This document shows, piece by piece, positions 52,474 through 64,000 of a DNA stretch of 64,000 bases; position 1 is the stretch's first letter, and each line of letters begins with the position of its first letter. The notes under the pieces are model-generated. The model ran no database searches. It saw only the letters and a list, made by a program, of their open reading frames with translations, and had not been told where the DNA came from. The DNA is taken from the NCBI GenBank assembly GCA_016748015.1, contig JAAOMT010000436.1, forward strand, positions 754,033-818,032, given 5' to 3'. The DNA is from Geosiphon pyriformis uo1 (Eukaryota; Fungi; Glomeromycota). Position numbers and translations under genes: made by a program.

Positions 52474-53306
52474 TTTTTTATTTGTTTAACGAGTGAGGTC
52501 CAAACACTACCTAAAACAATACATCATAAAAGATTTAAACTAGGCGTGAATCATGCATTTTCTACACATGACCAGCCACTCAGGCTGATCAAGACAATAC
52601 TAAGCATCTATAACAACTAACACAGAATTCCCAATGCCCGAAAAAAATAAACAAGATGTACAAAAGCCAAAGTGAATGCCAAAAGCCTCCACAATACTCA
52701 ACAGCTTTATCACTCCAGCAGAAAAAATTGAAGAAAGGCCACACACCAGATCAGGAACCAAACTATCACAAGGAATCAGGCCACACTTCTCCATTAAAGC
52801 ACAGTGACTCACATGAACCAACCAAACCTCATCTCTAAAAGCAAAACAGAAATTTCGCACAAATTCTACCATCTTATAACAAGCAATTTTGAAGTCTCCG
52901 AAAACCGAGACCACTTTCTGAAAACAAAGTTTGAACATAAAACCCTTACAAAATGCCAAACACATCAAGGTGTCAAAAGTACAAGAGAGCATAAGCTATA
53001 TAAGTTGTGACAACAACTGAGATAAACCAGAGAGGGCTCCTCAGATAGCTGCGTGCATGTTTAACAGCTGAGTGCGGATAGCAATATTAGAGCCACATAA
53101 GAAAACGTGATCAGAAAATTTGACTTTACCACAAAACAAGCATAAAATACTGGGATAAGACCTACTATAAAGGTGTTTACAAACAGCCACAGGCAGCCAA
53201 TAATATAAAGCTTTTATGAAATAAGTATGAGCACTAGCAGAATGTTTACCAGTGAAGCCAGCGACCATGTACATATCAGGATGCCACACAAGCAAAGACC
53301 TACGCC
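52474..53306 (-). mobile_element. Young 5'-truncated LINE with TSD
   Basis: ORFs 53041-53295 and 52600-52992 (CLFCG...DHVFLC); TSD ATTATAATTTT at 52463-52473 and 53307-53317; CpGs retained. Confidence 0.92.
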
Positions 53307-55941
53307 ATTATAATTTTAATATAAAAACCAGTTTTTTTATTAAATATTTCTTGTTTATATTTATATTATCTAATTTTATTGTATTATTAATATTAATATT
53401 TTTAAATTTTTTAATAGTTCTATTTTTATTTTTTTAAAAATTAATATTAAAACTTAAGCTTTTTATAATTTTTTTATATTTATTATATTATTAAAAATTT
53501 TGTATTTAAATAAAAGAGAAAAAAAGTATTTAAATATAGTTTTCAATTTATAATTAATATTTTTAACCTTTTATAAATTAAAATTTTTGTTTAAAAATAT
53601 TAATATAACAAAAATTTAAAAATTTAAAAATTTGTTAAATTAATACTTAAAATTATAATTATATATAAAAAAAAATATGATTATTAACAATAAAAATAAA
53701 AATAAAAAACACAATATAATCTAAGAAAAAAATTTGTAATAATTAAATATAATATAGTTAAAAAATTATATATTATTATTTTAAAAAATAAAATATGTTT
53801 AAAATAAAGTATTCAAGTAATTTTAAAGTTAAAATTTTGTTTATATGCTTGTAAAATATTTAATAAAAAAAATATATATAATAAATTATTTAGAAAATCT
53901 TTAATAAAAAAAAAAAAACAACAAAAAAAATTTTTTTTTCTAATATTTTTTATAATTACAACTAAACTAAAAAGTAAAAAAGTTGTAATTTTTTTATGAT
54001 TTAAAACAATTAATAGTATTTTTATTAATAAAATACTTAAATTATTAAAGTTATTTAATAATAATTTATAAAATATTTTTTTTAAATAAAAAAATTTAAA
54101 TTCAATTTAAAACACTATTTTTGTTTTTGATTAAAAGTTTTTTTTTTTAAAAAATATTTAATAAAAAACTGATAATTAAGTTATTTTTTTTATTGCTATT
54201 TAAATAATTAAAAAAACCAAAATATTTAAGAAACAATTTTTTTAAATCTTTAATATGTTTAATAACAACTTTTTTAAAATGTTAAAAAGTTTTTTTTTTT
54301 ATAAAAAATAAAATATTGGTTTTTTCTGTTAATTTATATTATTTATATTAATTATAATATTTAATATTATTATAATTGTAAATAACAAAATATTTTTTAT
54401 TTTAAAAATAATAATAGAAATATATTAATTTATTTTAATTTGAATTAATTTTTAATTATATTATTTAATATATTAATTTTTGGTTAATTATTATTAATTA
54501 TAAAAATATAACAAATTATATATTTGATGTTTTTTTTAAGATTTATATTAAATTATTTTTTAGTTTATACATAATTTTATTAATATAAAATTAATATTAA
54601 GCTATTTTATATAAAGTTTGTATTTTAGATTTTTTTAAATATTATTATATAAAATAAAACTTTTTTATTTTTTTTTATTTTTAAAATTACAAAATTTTTA
54701 CAGTATTTGTTTTTTTATTGTTATTTTATGTAATATTTTTTAAAATTATTTTTAATAAGATTTTTAAAATTAATTTAAAACTTATTAATTAATAATAATA
54801 TATTATTATATATTTTAAAAACTTTAAAACTGTTAAAACTATTTTTGCTTATTAATTGATTTAATAATAAAAATAATATTAAGATTTTTTTAATTAGAAA
54901 AAAATAATTATTTCTTATAATATATTTAAGACTATGTTAATAAAATTTTTTGATTATATTATTTTGAAAATTAATAAATTGGTTTTTTAAAAAAGTTATA
55001 TTTAATAGAAAATTTTTAAATATTAATGTTGTTTTAAATTTTAAATTTTAAATTATTTGGTTTTTAATTACAAAAAATTTTTATTTTTTTTTAAAGTTTT
55101 TACTTAAGCTTATTATTAATTTTAAAATTTTTAAATATTACTTTGTTAAAATAAATTTTTATGTTAAAACTACAGTTTTTTTTATTTGTTATTAATATTA
55201 TTAATTTTATAATTAACTTTAAGTTAATTTTTTTAAAATTTAAATTAACCAAGTTAATATTATTAATATTAAAATAAAATATTTTTAAAAAAGTTATTAA
55301 AAATTTAAATAAAAAAATTATTAATTTTAAAATTAAGTATAATATAAATAATTTACTTAATAATAATATATTTAAGAATAATTTAAATTTTTTTGTTAAT
55401 AAAAAAATTTTGTTAGAATAATAGTATTTTAGAAGCTATAAACTTTTAATATTATATAATTAATTAGTAAAATTTTAAATTTTAATATATAAAAAATAAT
55501 TGTTTTAATAAATTTACTTTTGTAAATTCAACTTAATTTAGCTTTAATTGGCTTAAATAAATAATTAAATATAAAAATATATAAAACACAGGTAATTTAA
55601 AGATTTTTTTATTATATTATATTAAATAATAACTAAGTTACACTTTATAAAAACATAATAAAAATAAAAAACATAAATTGTGTTTATTATAAAATATTTA
55701 AATTTTATGTATATAAATAATAGTTAATAAAAATTAAGAAAATATAACATTTATTTTAATTTTATATAAAAGATTACTAACAATTTCAAATATGACGTAA
55801 ATGGTGTTACAGGAAAAGGGTTTTATTATTGGCACAAATACCTTATCACTCATACTAAAGGTCCTCAAAAATTTCCCCGCTTACGCTTCCCCAATTTCTC
55901 TCTTTAGAAACCAATACTTATAAGACTTTTGCTCTGATTCA

Positions 55942-58407
55942 ATGGCTTCAACCCTTTCAAGGTACTTACTTGTGAGTTAGACCGCTCTTTTCATTTGGAA
56001 CTAAAAGCGCTTGATAAACATTTTTATTTGCTTGGGGTAATTTAGTGTCCTACCAAAGCCCCGTCACCAGCTATTAAATTCACATCAACAAGATGAATAC
56101 GAACGAAGTTTCGACGAAATAACAGCTCTGCAGCAAAAGAAAATAATCCCGGTTTACGGTCAGAGGGCTGGTTGGAAGCCAAGAACAGCTGAAGATTTTG
56201 GAGATGGAGGTTCTTTTCCAGAAATACATATTGCCCAATACCCATTGGAGATGGGGCGTAAAAAAACTGTATGTTAAGTCGCACATTTTCAATCCTTTAA
56301 AAATATAACTCTATTAATTTTTGATTAATATATACAGGCCACAAGTGGTGGAGCCCTTTCATTACAGGTCGATGCTGAGGGAAATATTCGATATGATGCG
56401 ATCGCAAGACAAGGTCATAGCGAATCTCGCATTATTCATTCGCAATTTAAAGACTTAGTGCCATTGAATCTTAGGGCTGATGTGGAAAAGATAACTTTGG
56501 GTAGACCTGATGAAGAATTGGTTAAAGAAACCACAGAAAAGACCAGAGAAGCATTAGAAAAAATTGTTCAAGGTAAAAATCAGAAATTCAAAAGCAAGGT
56601 TTCTTTTTATCCAAAGAAAGAAATGGTTCTCATATCTCGAATTTTTATTCAGGAAAAATAAAAGCTGCACAGCCCAAAAATGTAAAATCAGATCAGCCAT
56701 CGGAACCCACTTATATCAGATATACCCCGGGACAACAAGGAGAGGCTTATAATTCTGGGGCCAAACAAAGAATCATTAGAATGGTCGACATGCCAGTGGA
56801 TCCAATGGAGCCACCTAAATTCAAACATAAGAAAATCCCACGCGGTAATATAATTTTTTCAACAATTAAGCCTCTTAAGAGGTTTGAAGTTTAAAAATAC
56901 TAATTTTTTCTATTTTAATGACAATAGGTCCACCATCACCACCAGCTCCAGTGCTTCACTCACCTCCACGTAAAGTAACAGCTAAAGAACAACAAGAATG
57001 GGTTATACCTCCTTGTATCTCTAACTGGAAAAATGCAAAAGGCTACACGATCCCTCTTGATAAGCGATTGGCCGCAGATGGACGTGGTTTGCAAGAGGTA
57101 TTAAAAGTCTTTAAATCAGTGAACTTTTAAATTGAAATTAATAAATTTATTAGAACCTGAACTTTCTATAGTCAACCATCAATGATAATTTTGCTAAATT
57201 ATCCGAAGCACTTTTTGCAGCTGATCGACACGCTCGTGAAGAGGTTCGACAACGTTCATTAATGCGTGAGAAATTGGCACAAAAAGATAAAGAAGAGAAA
57301 GAAAAACGATTACGAATGCTCGCACAAAAGGCTCGAGAGGAGAGGTTTGTGTCGATTTTATTTGCTAGAATTTTAATTCTTAATCATCTATGACACTCTT
57401 GTCTAAGTAAGTTCACCGTTTAAAAATTAATAGGGCGGGAATTACGTCTAATGTAGCAGGAACATCTAAAGCTGGAGCAGAGCAATCGGATGAGGAGTCC
57501 GAGTCGGATGAAGAAAAAGCAAATGAACGTGAAGAATTAAGACAAGATCGTCGTAGGGAGCGTGAGAGAGAATATAGATTATCAAGAATGGGGGCAGAGC
57601 AAAAAGCCAAATACCTGGCCCGGTAATTATTTCCTCTATTGAGCTTTATTTACTTTGTTCTTATGGCAAACTGAAATTTTTAATCGAAACTTTTAGGGAA
57701 CAAAACCGAGATATATCCGAGAAGATTGCGTTAGGACTCGCCAAACCCACTATCAGCAAAGATAGTTTATATGACTCTCGGTTATTTAATCAAAGTGAAG
57801 GTCTATCTTCTGGGTTCAAAGATGATGAAGGTAAGGCGCATTACTTTCGATTAATTTATTATAATCAAAGTCTTTAACCTATAATTCCCTATCCCGTAGC
57901 TTATGACCTTTATGATAAGCCTCTGTTTGCCAGCTCAAGCATTTCAAGCATTTATAATCCCAAGAAAAACTATGATCCTGATTTGTTTGGTGGTGGAAAT
58001 GAAGAGGAAATTGTTCAAAAACTCAGTGTGGACAAATTCGGCATTACATCAAAAGGATTCCAAGGGGCAGATCCAAGTCAGGTGTGTAGAGTCTTTGGCT
58101 GGATTTATATATTACATTAGAGAATTTTTGTTTTCTGATTGGAGACTAATTGGAACCCATATGTACCAATTAAATTATTTAGATTCGAGATGGTCCTGTG
58201 GAATTTGAAAAGGAGGAAGCAGATCCATTTGGTCTTAATCAGTTCTTAGATGCCGCCAAAAAAGGCACCAAACGAGGATTAGATAACGCGTAAGTCTACA
58301 AATGATCTCCCTTCAACCTTTCTTGAGATTGACGCACTTATCAACTATTTTTTCATTCTATATATAGAGGTGAAGGCACCAGCAAGAGCAAGCGATCGAG
58401 AGATTAA
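55942..58407 (+). CDS. PRP45: SNW/SKIP pre-mRNA splicing factor (Prp45), 11 exons
   Basis: DFGDGGSFPEIHIAQYPLEMG, DPMEPPKFKHKKIPRGPPSPPAPVLHSPPRK, WVIPPCISNWKNAKGYTIPLDKRLAADGRGLQ, RDISEKIALGLAKP, YDSRLFNQ; ten GT-AG introns of ~70-100 nt. Confidence 0.97.
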
Positions 58408-58938
58408 TAACTTAGATTTTATCTTTTAATTGGAATCGTAATCATATAAATCCTTTCCGTTGAACCGTATCATCAATGAGGTCAACAGAAATGCAATCTA
58501 AATTTGTTAATTATGTATCCTTGGTACTTTTCTCATGAGGTTTATCATCACTTTAGGGAAGTGTGCCTTTATTAATCGGAGCAGAAGCCATTTTGCACCG
58601 GTAAATAAATCATTTTCGCATTCTGAAAATGGGCTTATTAATTAAAGCCCTTTTCAAATATGAATCCCGTCATCATACCGGGTGTATTTATCCTTCCAAC
58701 GAAAAAAAGGTAGAACATTGGCTGGCTTAACAAAAAGCCGATTTAAACAAAATTTAGAAGACTTGAGTTGAATTATGAGGTAATTGTCAACCCAAGACTT
58801 GACTTGAACTTTCTTAATTCAATTTGTTTTGGCTTTAGTCCTTTGGTCTTCCCAAAAAAAAACTCGATTTCAATTGCATTGTAAAAATATGTTGGCATAA
58901 TTTTTTTAAACTAATAAAAATTTTATTTTATTGTTACA

Positions 58939-60203
58939 ATGTTAAACAGAAGGTATATAATAAGAACCAAAGTTAAAAAAGAAACTTAATATTTAAGTTA
59001 GGATTAAAATAAGTTCTAAGGAGAAACTGTGTCCGTATTAACAGTTTGAATCTGTTAAAGACGCTTGTGGCGTCATATTCACTGGTTGCAAATATGAATT
59101 CAACTATCCGTTCCTTAAAGACAAGTTTAAGGAAAGAAATGCGTAAGATTCTCACCGAGATACCATCGGAGGTAATCGAAAGAGAAAGTATATAAAAGTT
59201 TTATTATTAAGCGGAGAAAATAAGAAGCTCAAAATCTATAAATGTAGCGTAAACAAGTTGTTTGCCATTAACGATTACTCCCTTTAAGGCAGAGCTGTCG
59301 CTGAAAAACTAGTTTCGCTGCCCTCTTATTTGAACAGCAAAAATGTAAGTATCTACCTTAGCATGACCAAGGGTGAAATACAAACAAACTTCTTGATAAA
59401 GGATATTTTCAAAAGAGGTAAACATCAACATGTATTTTCAATAAGACTTTTCGTGTACATCTTATGCTGTGCTGCAATTCATTTTTTGGAGATAGGAAAA
59501 TCTTGTTATGTTCCTCGCTGGACTGGTGAAATGATGGAAATGGTAAGGGTAATTTCCTTCGAAGATTACTTGTCGCTGCCAGTCAATAAATGGAATATTC
59601 CAGAGCCAAGTCACAATGAAGAACGAGAAGTTGGTAACCTCATTTTCTTTGCAATTCTTTCAAATTAAACCTCTTTGCTTTGTTACAAAAAGCTCTTCCC
59701 ATTTTACAGCGAGCAATTTAGATCTAATCGTCATGCCTGGTAAGTAATATCGGGTTTTTTCAAATCAAATTTATAGATTTACCATTCTTTTTTTTCTTTT
59801 TTAGGAATGGCTTTTGATGTTTTCGGCAACCGCCTTGGGCACGGCAAAGGGTAGGAGTAATTTGATTTCTTGCACCATAAATTTTGCTTACTACATGTGC
59901 AGGGTTTTTATGCACAAAGGTATTATGATCGTTATTTGATGAAGATCAAGAAAATTACTAAAGAAGAATCCAGGGATCCCCCAATAACGGGTGAGGAATG
60001 CACATGCTTGGCCTGCGCATATAATAATAATAATTATTAACCATTTATCGATACGATTTGACGATATGGACACAGTCGCGTTAGCTTTGGAGGCTCAGAT
60101 TCTGAAAGAACGCATGATACCCACCTGTGGTTTTGACCAAAAACCCGATTTGGTTCTTTCCGCGACTCAAATTATTAAAGAGAAATCTAATAGTGAAAAT
60201 TAA
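58939..60203 (+). CDS. FAU1: 5-formyltetrahydrofolate cyclo-ligase (MTHFS/Fau1), multi-exon; core start ATG 59094, possible upstream exon from 58939
   Basis: KTSLRKEMRKIL, VSIYLSMTKGEIQT, CYVPRW, NKWNIPEP, LDLIVMPG-MAFD, RLGHGKGYYDRYL, VALALEAQI, DQKPDLVL. Confidence 0.93.
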
Positions 60204-61902
60204 ATTTCTTTTTTTGTCATCGGGAATTTGATAATACGAATTAGAGATGAAAACTTAGGCTTTCTAATTTGAAAATGATATTTGCTAAGTATCATATTTC
60301 ACGGGTTCGGGAAATTCAAGCGTCAATTTTACCCCTTAAGAAAATTCAGCATTTTATCAATGAGAATTATATATTTGAATTCTGGAGCGTGGAATTATAC
60401 ACCTGCATATTAAAGTACAATATTTCCTTTCGATTTTGATGAAACAAGAGATCATGGAATGAAATTTAGCATATATCTACAAAATTCTTGTTCCGGATTT
60501 TATAAAGACTGTGGCTGATTCATTGTTAAAAGCTTTGAAGATTACGAAACATATTTGTGATTTTGAATAAAAATCACCATTTTTAAAAATTATAAAATAT
60601 AAATGTGAAAAATATAGTTTTAATCCTACAAATAATTATTTTTTAGATTTTATATTATAAAATTAATTTTTTTAATTTGCATAATAAAAAATTTTTAATA
60701 AATTAATTTTTATACTTTTTTTTTTGTTTTTTTATATAATATATAATTAACGTTAAGTTTATTAATATTTATAAACTATTTATTACAAATGGAAAATTAA
60801 TTTCTCTTTTACTAGAAAAAAAAAGCAGATTATATTATATTTACATTTTCCAAAAAACTTACATAGTATCTGTTAATAGTAAAGATTAACCCATTAAGAT
60901 ATTACAAAAAAGGTATATTAAATAATGTAATCAAGCTCAAAAATGAAATATGTGCTTGAAAAAACCATTGATAATGGCATATATAACAAAAACATGATCA
61001 TTTATATTCTTTTTGTAAAAGACAATGAACTTGTTTATAAATAATTTTCATTAATATGGTTTAATTTATATTCAAATTTTCGCCTTTTTCAAAAGAATTG
61101 AAATCTTGATACAAGCACAGATTAGAGTAAAAATAAGATCAAATGATTATTCAATATACTACACTATATCCAAAGACGATTGTTATTCAGATTGTAGAAA
61201 TTTGTTTCAATACGAAAATCAGTGAAAAAAGTAATGAATAAGGAATCTCCAAAGGCACCGCCTCGTCAAAACATGAGACAGGTATCTTACTTCACACTGA
61301 TAAAGATTCTTCAAAGTTAAAAGTCTTGTTGAAAGCTAGAATTGAAAGTGTTGCAACTTTATTTGTGGAAAAAAGTTTAATTTTCAGATTTTTTTAAAAA
61401 AATTTAGTTTTTAGTTTAATTATGGCTGACAATTACTAAGCATAACTTTGGGAAAATATCTTTGTCTTTTTCCAGAAGACGAGAGGTGTAAAGATCATGA
61501 ACTTTGGTGCACCGATCCATCATTTCTCTTGTTTCCCCATTTTTATTATATTTTTACCATTTCGCCTATAAGGAACGTGTAAGCCAAGAATTTTGAATTT
61601 TTGTTAGGTTAAAGCACAATCTTTGTGATAAAATAAAATAAAATAAAATATATAATAATATAATTTGAACACAATTTAATTTCAATTTCAATTTTTTGGC
61701 GTCTGCGAGTTTAATTCCAATTTTGTGGAATTTGTGATTAATTTGTAAATTTAAATTTTTTTTTAACATACTGTATGTTTCATTGATATCTAATAATATT
61801 GCATTATCTTTAGATATTATGAGAATTACTCTTTTTATAACGATAATGATTCATTTACTATGAAAAATTACCTGGGTTTAGGTTTTTCAGAAAATCCTTT
61901 GT

Positions 61903-61979
<77 letters not shown>

Positions 61980-62189
61980 AGTTCAAGTTTCAATTCTTAA
62001 TTTAAAGAAAATTTAAATATTAAAAAAAAAATCGAGGAATTTCTTATAAAATGACTGAACCTATCCCTTCACAACACTTTATCAAAAGAAATTATCTTTT
62101 GAAAAAAAACAACCAAATAATTCCAAAATCTCATCAAACATTTAAAATATATCAAAACCTAATCTCAGGACTAAAAGTTAAAATTTAAA

Positions 62190-62456
62190 ATGTTTCGCCA
62201 TTCAATCCTCAAACCCTTTTCTAGCACAGTATTCTTGTACTTGCTCTTCTGTTTCACTTTTCTTATTATAAGTTTCGACTTGATTCGCTCGTCACCCATC
62301 CCGCCCACCAATAATTTTCGATGGGAACCGTATACCTTTTATGTTCCTCCGTGGCCTCCGTGGCCTCCAGGTTGTCCCAACTGTAACCCTTCTTTTCCAT
62401 CGGATATTTACGAAATAGGTCAATCTCATGGTGGAATATTGGGAGGGCATAAATAA
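62190..62456 (+). CDS. Small secreted Pro/Trp-rich peptide precursor, 88 aa
   Basis: AAAATG context; basic N-terminus and hydrophobic core FLYLLFCFTFLIISF; likely cleavage near S-S/P-I; GC-rich island in AT-rich flanks; has a paralogue. Confidence 0.75.
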   Translation: MFRHSILKPFSSTVFLYLLFCFTFLIISFDLIRSSPIPPTNNFRWEPYTFYVPPWPPWPPGCPNCNPSFPSDIYEIGQSHGGILGGHK

Positions 62457-63336
62457 TGTTTTCAAATTACATATACAAATATTAAGTTTTTAAGAAAATT
62501 TTTTCAAAGCTTTTTTTTACAGTTTATTAAAATTAACTACATAAGCAATATTTTTTAATTTTTAGAATATTACTGTAAAAAACCAAAATCTATATTTTTA
62601 GCCTTGGAAATATCAATTTTACAAAAAAAAAGTTTTTTATTTGTATTTTTTTTTATATAATTAGAAATAAAAAGTTTTTTAAAACTATAAATATTTCTTG
62701 ATTCTTTAAAAAAAATTATAATAACGTAATGTGAATTCATCTGAATCATGAATTGCCATGAATATCATTTTGATTTTTCTTTTCAAAAAATATAATTTAG
62801 TTAAAATATAACTATTAATACCAAATTTCTTTTATTAGATTTTCATAATATAAATAAATTTCAATTTTTTGGCGTTTGCGAGTTTAATTCCAATTTTGTG
62901 GGAATTGTGATTAATTTTTAAATTTAAATTTAAATTTTTTGTCACATATTGTTGTGTATTATATATTGAAACTATTTATATTTCATTAATAGTCTAATAA
63001 TATTTCATTATTTTTAGATATTATGAGAATTACTCTTTTTATAACGACAATGATAAATTTACTATGAAAATTACCTGAGTTTAGGTTTTTCAGAAAATCC
63101 TTTGTCCTTTTTTTTTTTTTTATTGAGTTCAAGTTTCAATTCTTGATTTAGAGAAAATTTAAATATTATAAAAAAAATCGAGGATTTTCTATAAAATGAC
63201 TGAACCTATCCCTTTACAGCACTTTATCAAAAGAAATTATCTTTTGAAAAAAAAACAACCAAATAATTCCAAAATCTCATCAAACATTTAAAATATATCA
63301 AAACTTAATCTCAGGACTAAAAAGTTAAAATTTAAA

Positions 63337-63573
63337 ATGTTTCGCCATTCAATCCTCAAACCCTTTTCTAGCACAGTATTCTTGTACTTGCTCTTCTGTT
63401 TCACTTTTCTTATTATAAGTTTCGACTTGACTCGCTCGTCACCCATCCTGGCAAACAATGATCTAAATATTCTTGTCATTTGGCCTGCTATAGAGAACAA
63501 CTCTAATTCTGGATCATCGCAGACTAAAGCAACAGGTTAACCTCAGGGTGGAATATCGGGAGGGCATAAATAA
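63337..63573 (+). CDS. Paralogous small secreted peptide: 67 aa to TAA 63538, ancestral frame continuing to 63573
   Basis: The first 37 codons differ from the paralogue at one base; TAA 63538 aligns with CAA 62421 and is followed in frame by PQGGISGGHK-stop. Confidence 0.7.
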
Positions 63574-64000
63574 TGTTCAGAATTCGGCGAATATTTAATG
63601 TGAATTATTTCAATTGCAATTGTTTTTTTTTTTTTTCCAAATTACATATACCAAATATTAGGTTTAAGAAAATTTTAAATTAAATTTTTTTCAAGGCTTT
63701 TTTTACAGTTTATTAAAGTTAACTACATAAGTAATGTTTGTTTAATTATTAGAATATTACTGTAAAAAACCAAAATCTACATATATCTTTTTTTTAAAAA
63801 AGGGATATTTATATTTTTTGGCTTTGGAAATATCAACTAACAAATAAAATTTAGCTAAATTTCAAAAAAAAAAAAATTTTTTATATAATTAGAAATAAAC
63901 AGTTTTTTAAAACTATCTTATTTCTTGATTCTTTAAAAAAAAAAAAAAGAGATAATAGCTGTTTTAAATTGCTAATCAATTGACCATTGTCAATTTACCA

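Larger units (their letters stand above)
61684..63945 (+). repeat. Tandem duplication of a ~1.05-kb unit (61684-62715 and 62857-63945), each carrying a small secreted-peptide gene
   Basis: Near-identical promoter (TATAAAA at ~62045 and ~63190), 5' UTR, leader-coding region and 3' flank. Confidence 0.95.

Overview
AT-rich eukaryotic DNA, almost certainly fungal. Short GT-AG introns and the transposon complement suggest an early-diverging, probably Glomeromycotina-type, fungus (inference). About 70% of the window is nested, decaying retrotransposons: (i) a complete but pseudogenised Ty3/Gypsy element (31992-45030) with a dUTPase, a Cys-rich insert and an extra ORF3, plus the 3' half of a related copy (1-5682); (ii) several copies of a LINE family (ORF1 + APE-RT-RNaseH-zf ORF2) at all stages of decay; (iii) a solo LTR and a non-coding LTR element with two 1415-bp LTRs around only 141 bp of internal sequence. 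Where copies can be compared, decay is almost purely C>T/G>A, ending in near-pure AT deserts, while host-gene islands keep their CpGs. Host genes: a Yap/KapC-like bZIP factor (minus strand, 2 exons) with ~5.5 kb of TE-free upstream DNA, SNW1/Prp45 (11 exons), 5-formyltetrahydrofolate cyclo-ligase, and a tandem pair of small secreted-peptide genes with near-identical leader and tail but a strongly diverged core. There is one 294-N assembly gap. All alignments, splice models and counts were made by eye and should be confirmed computationally.
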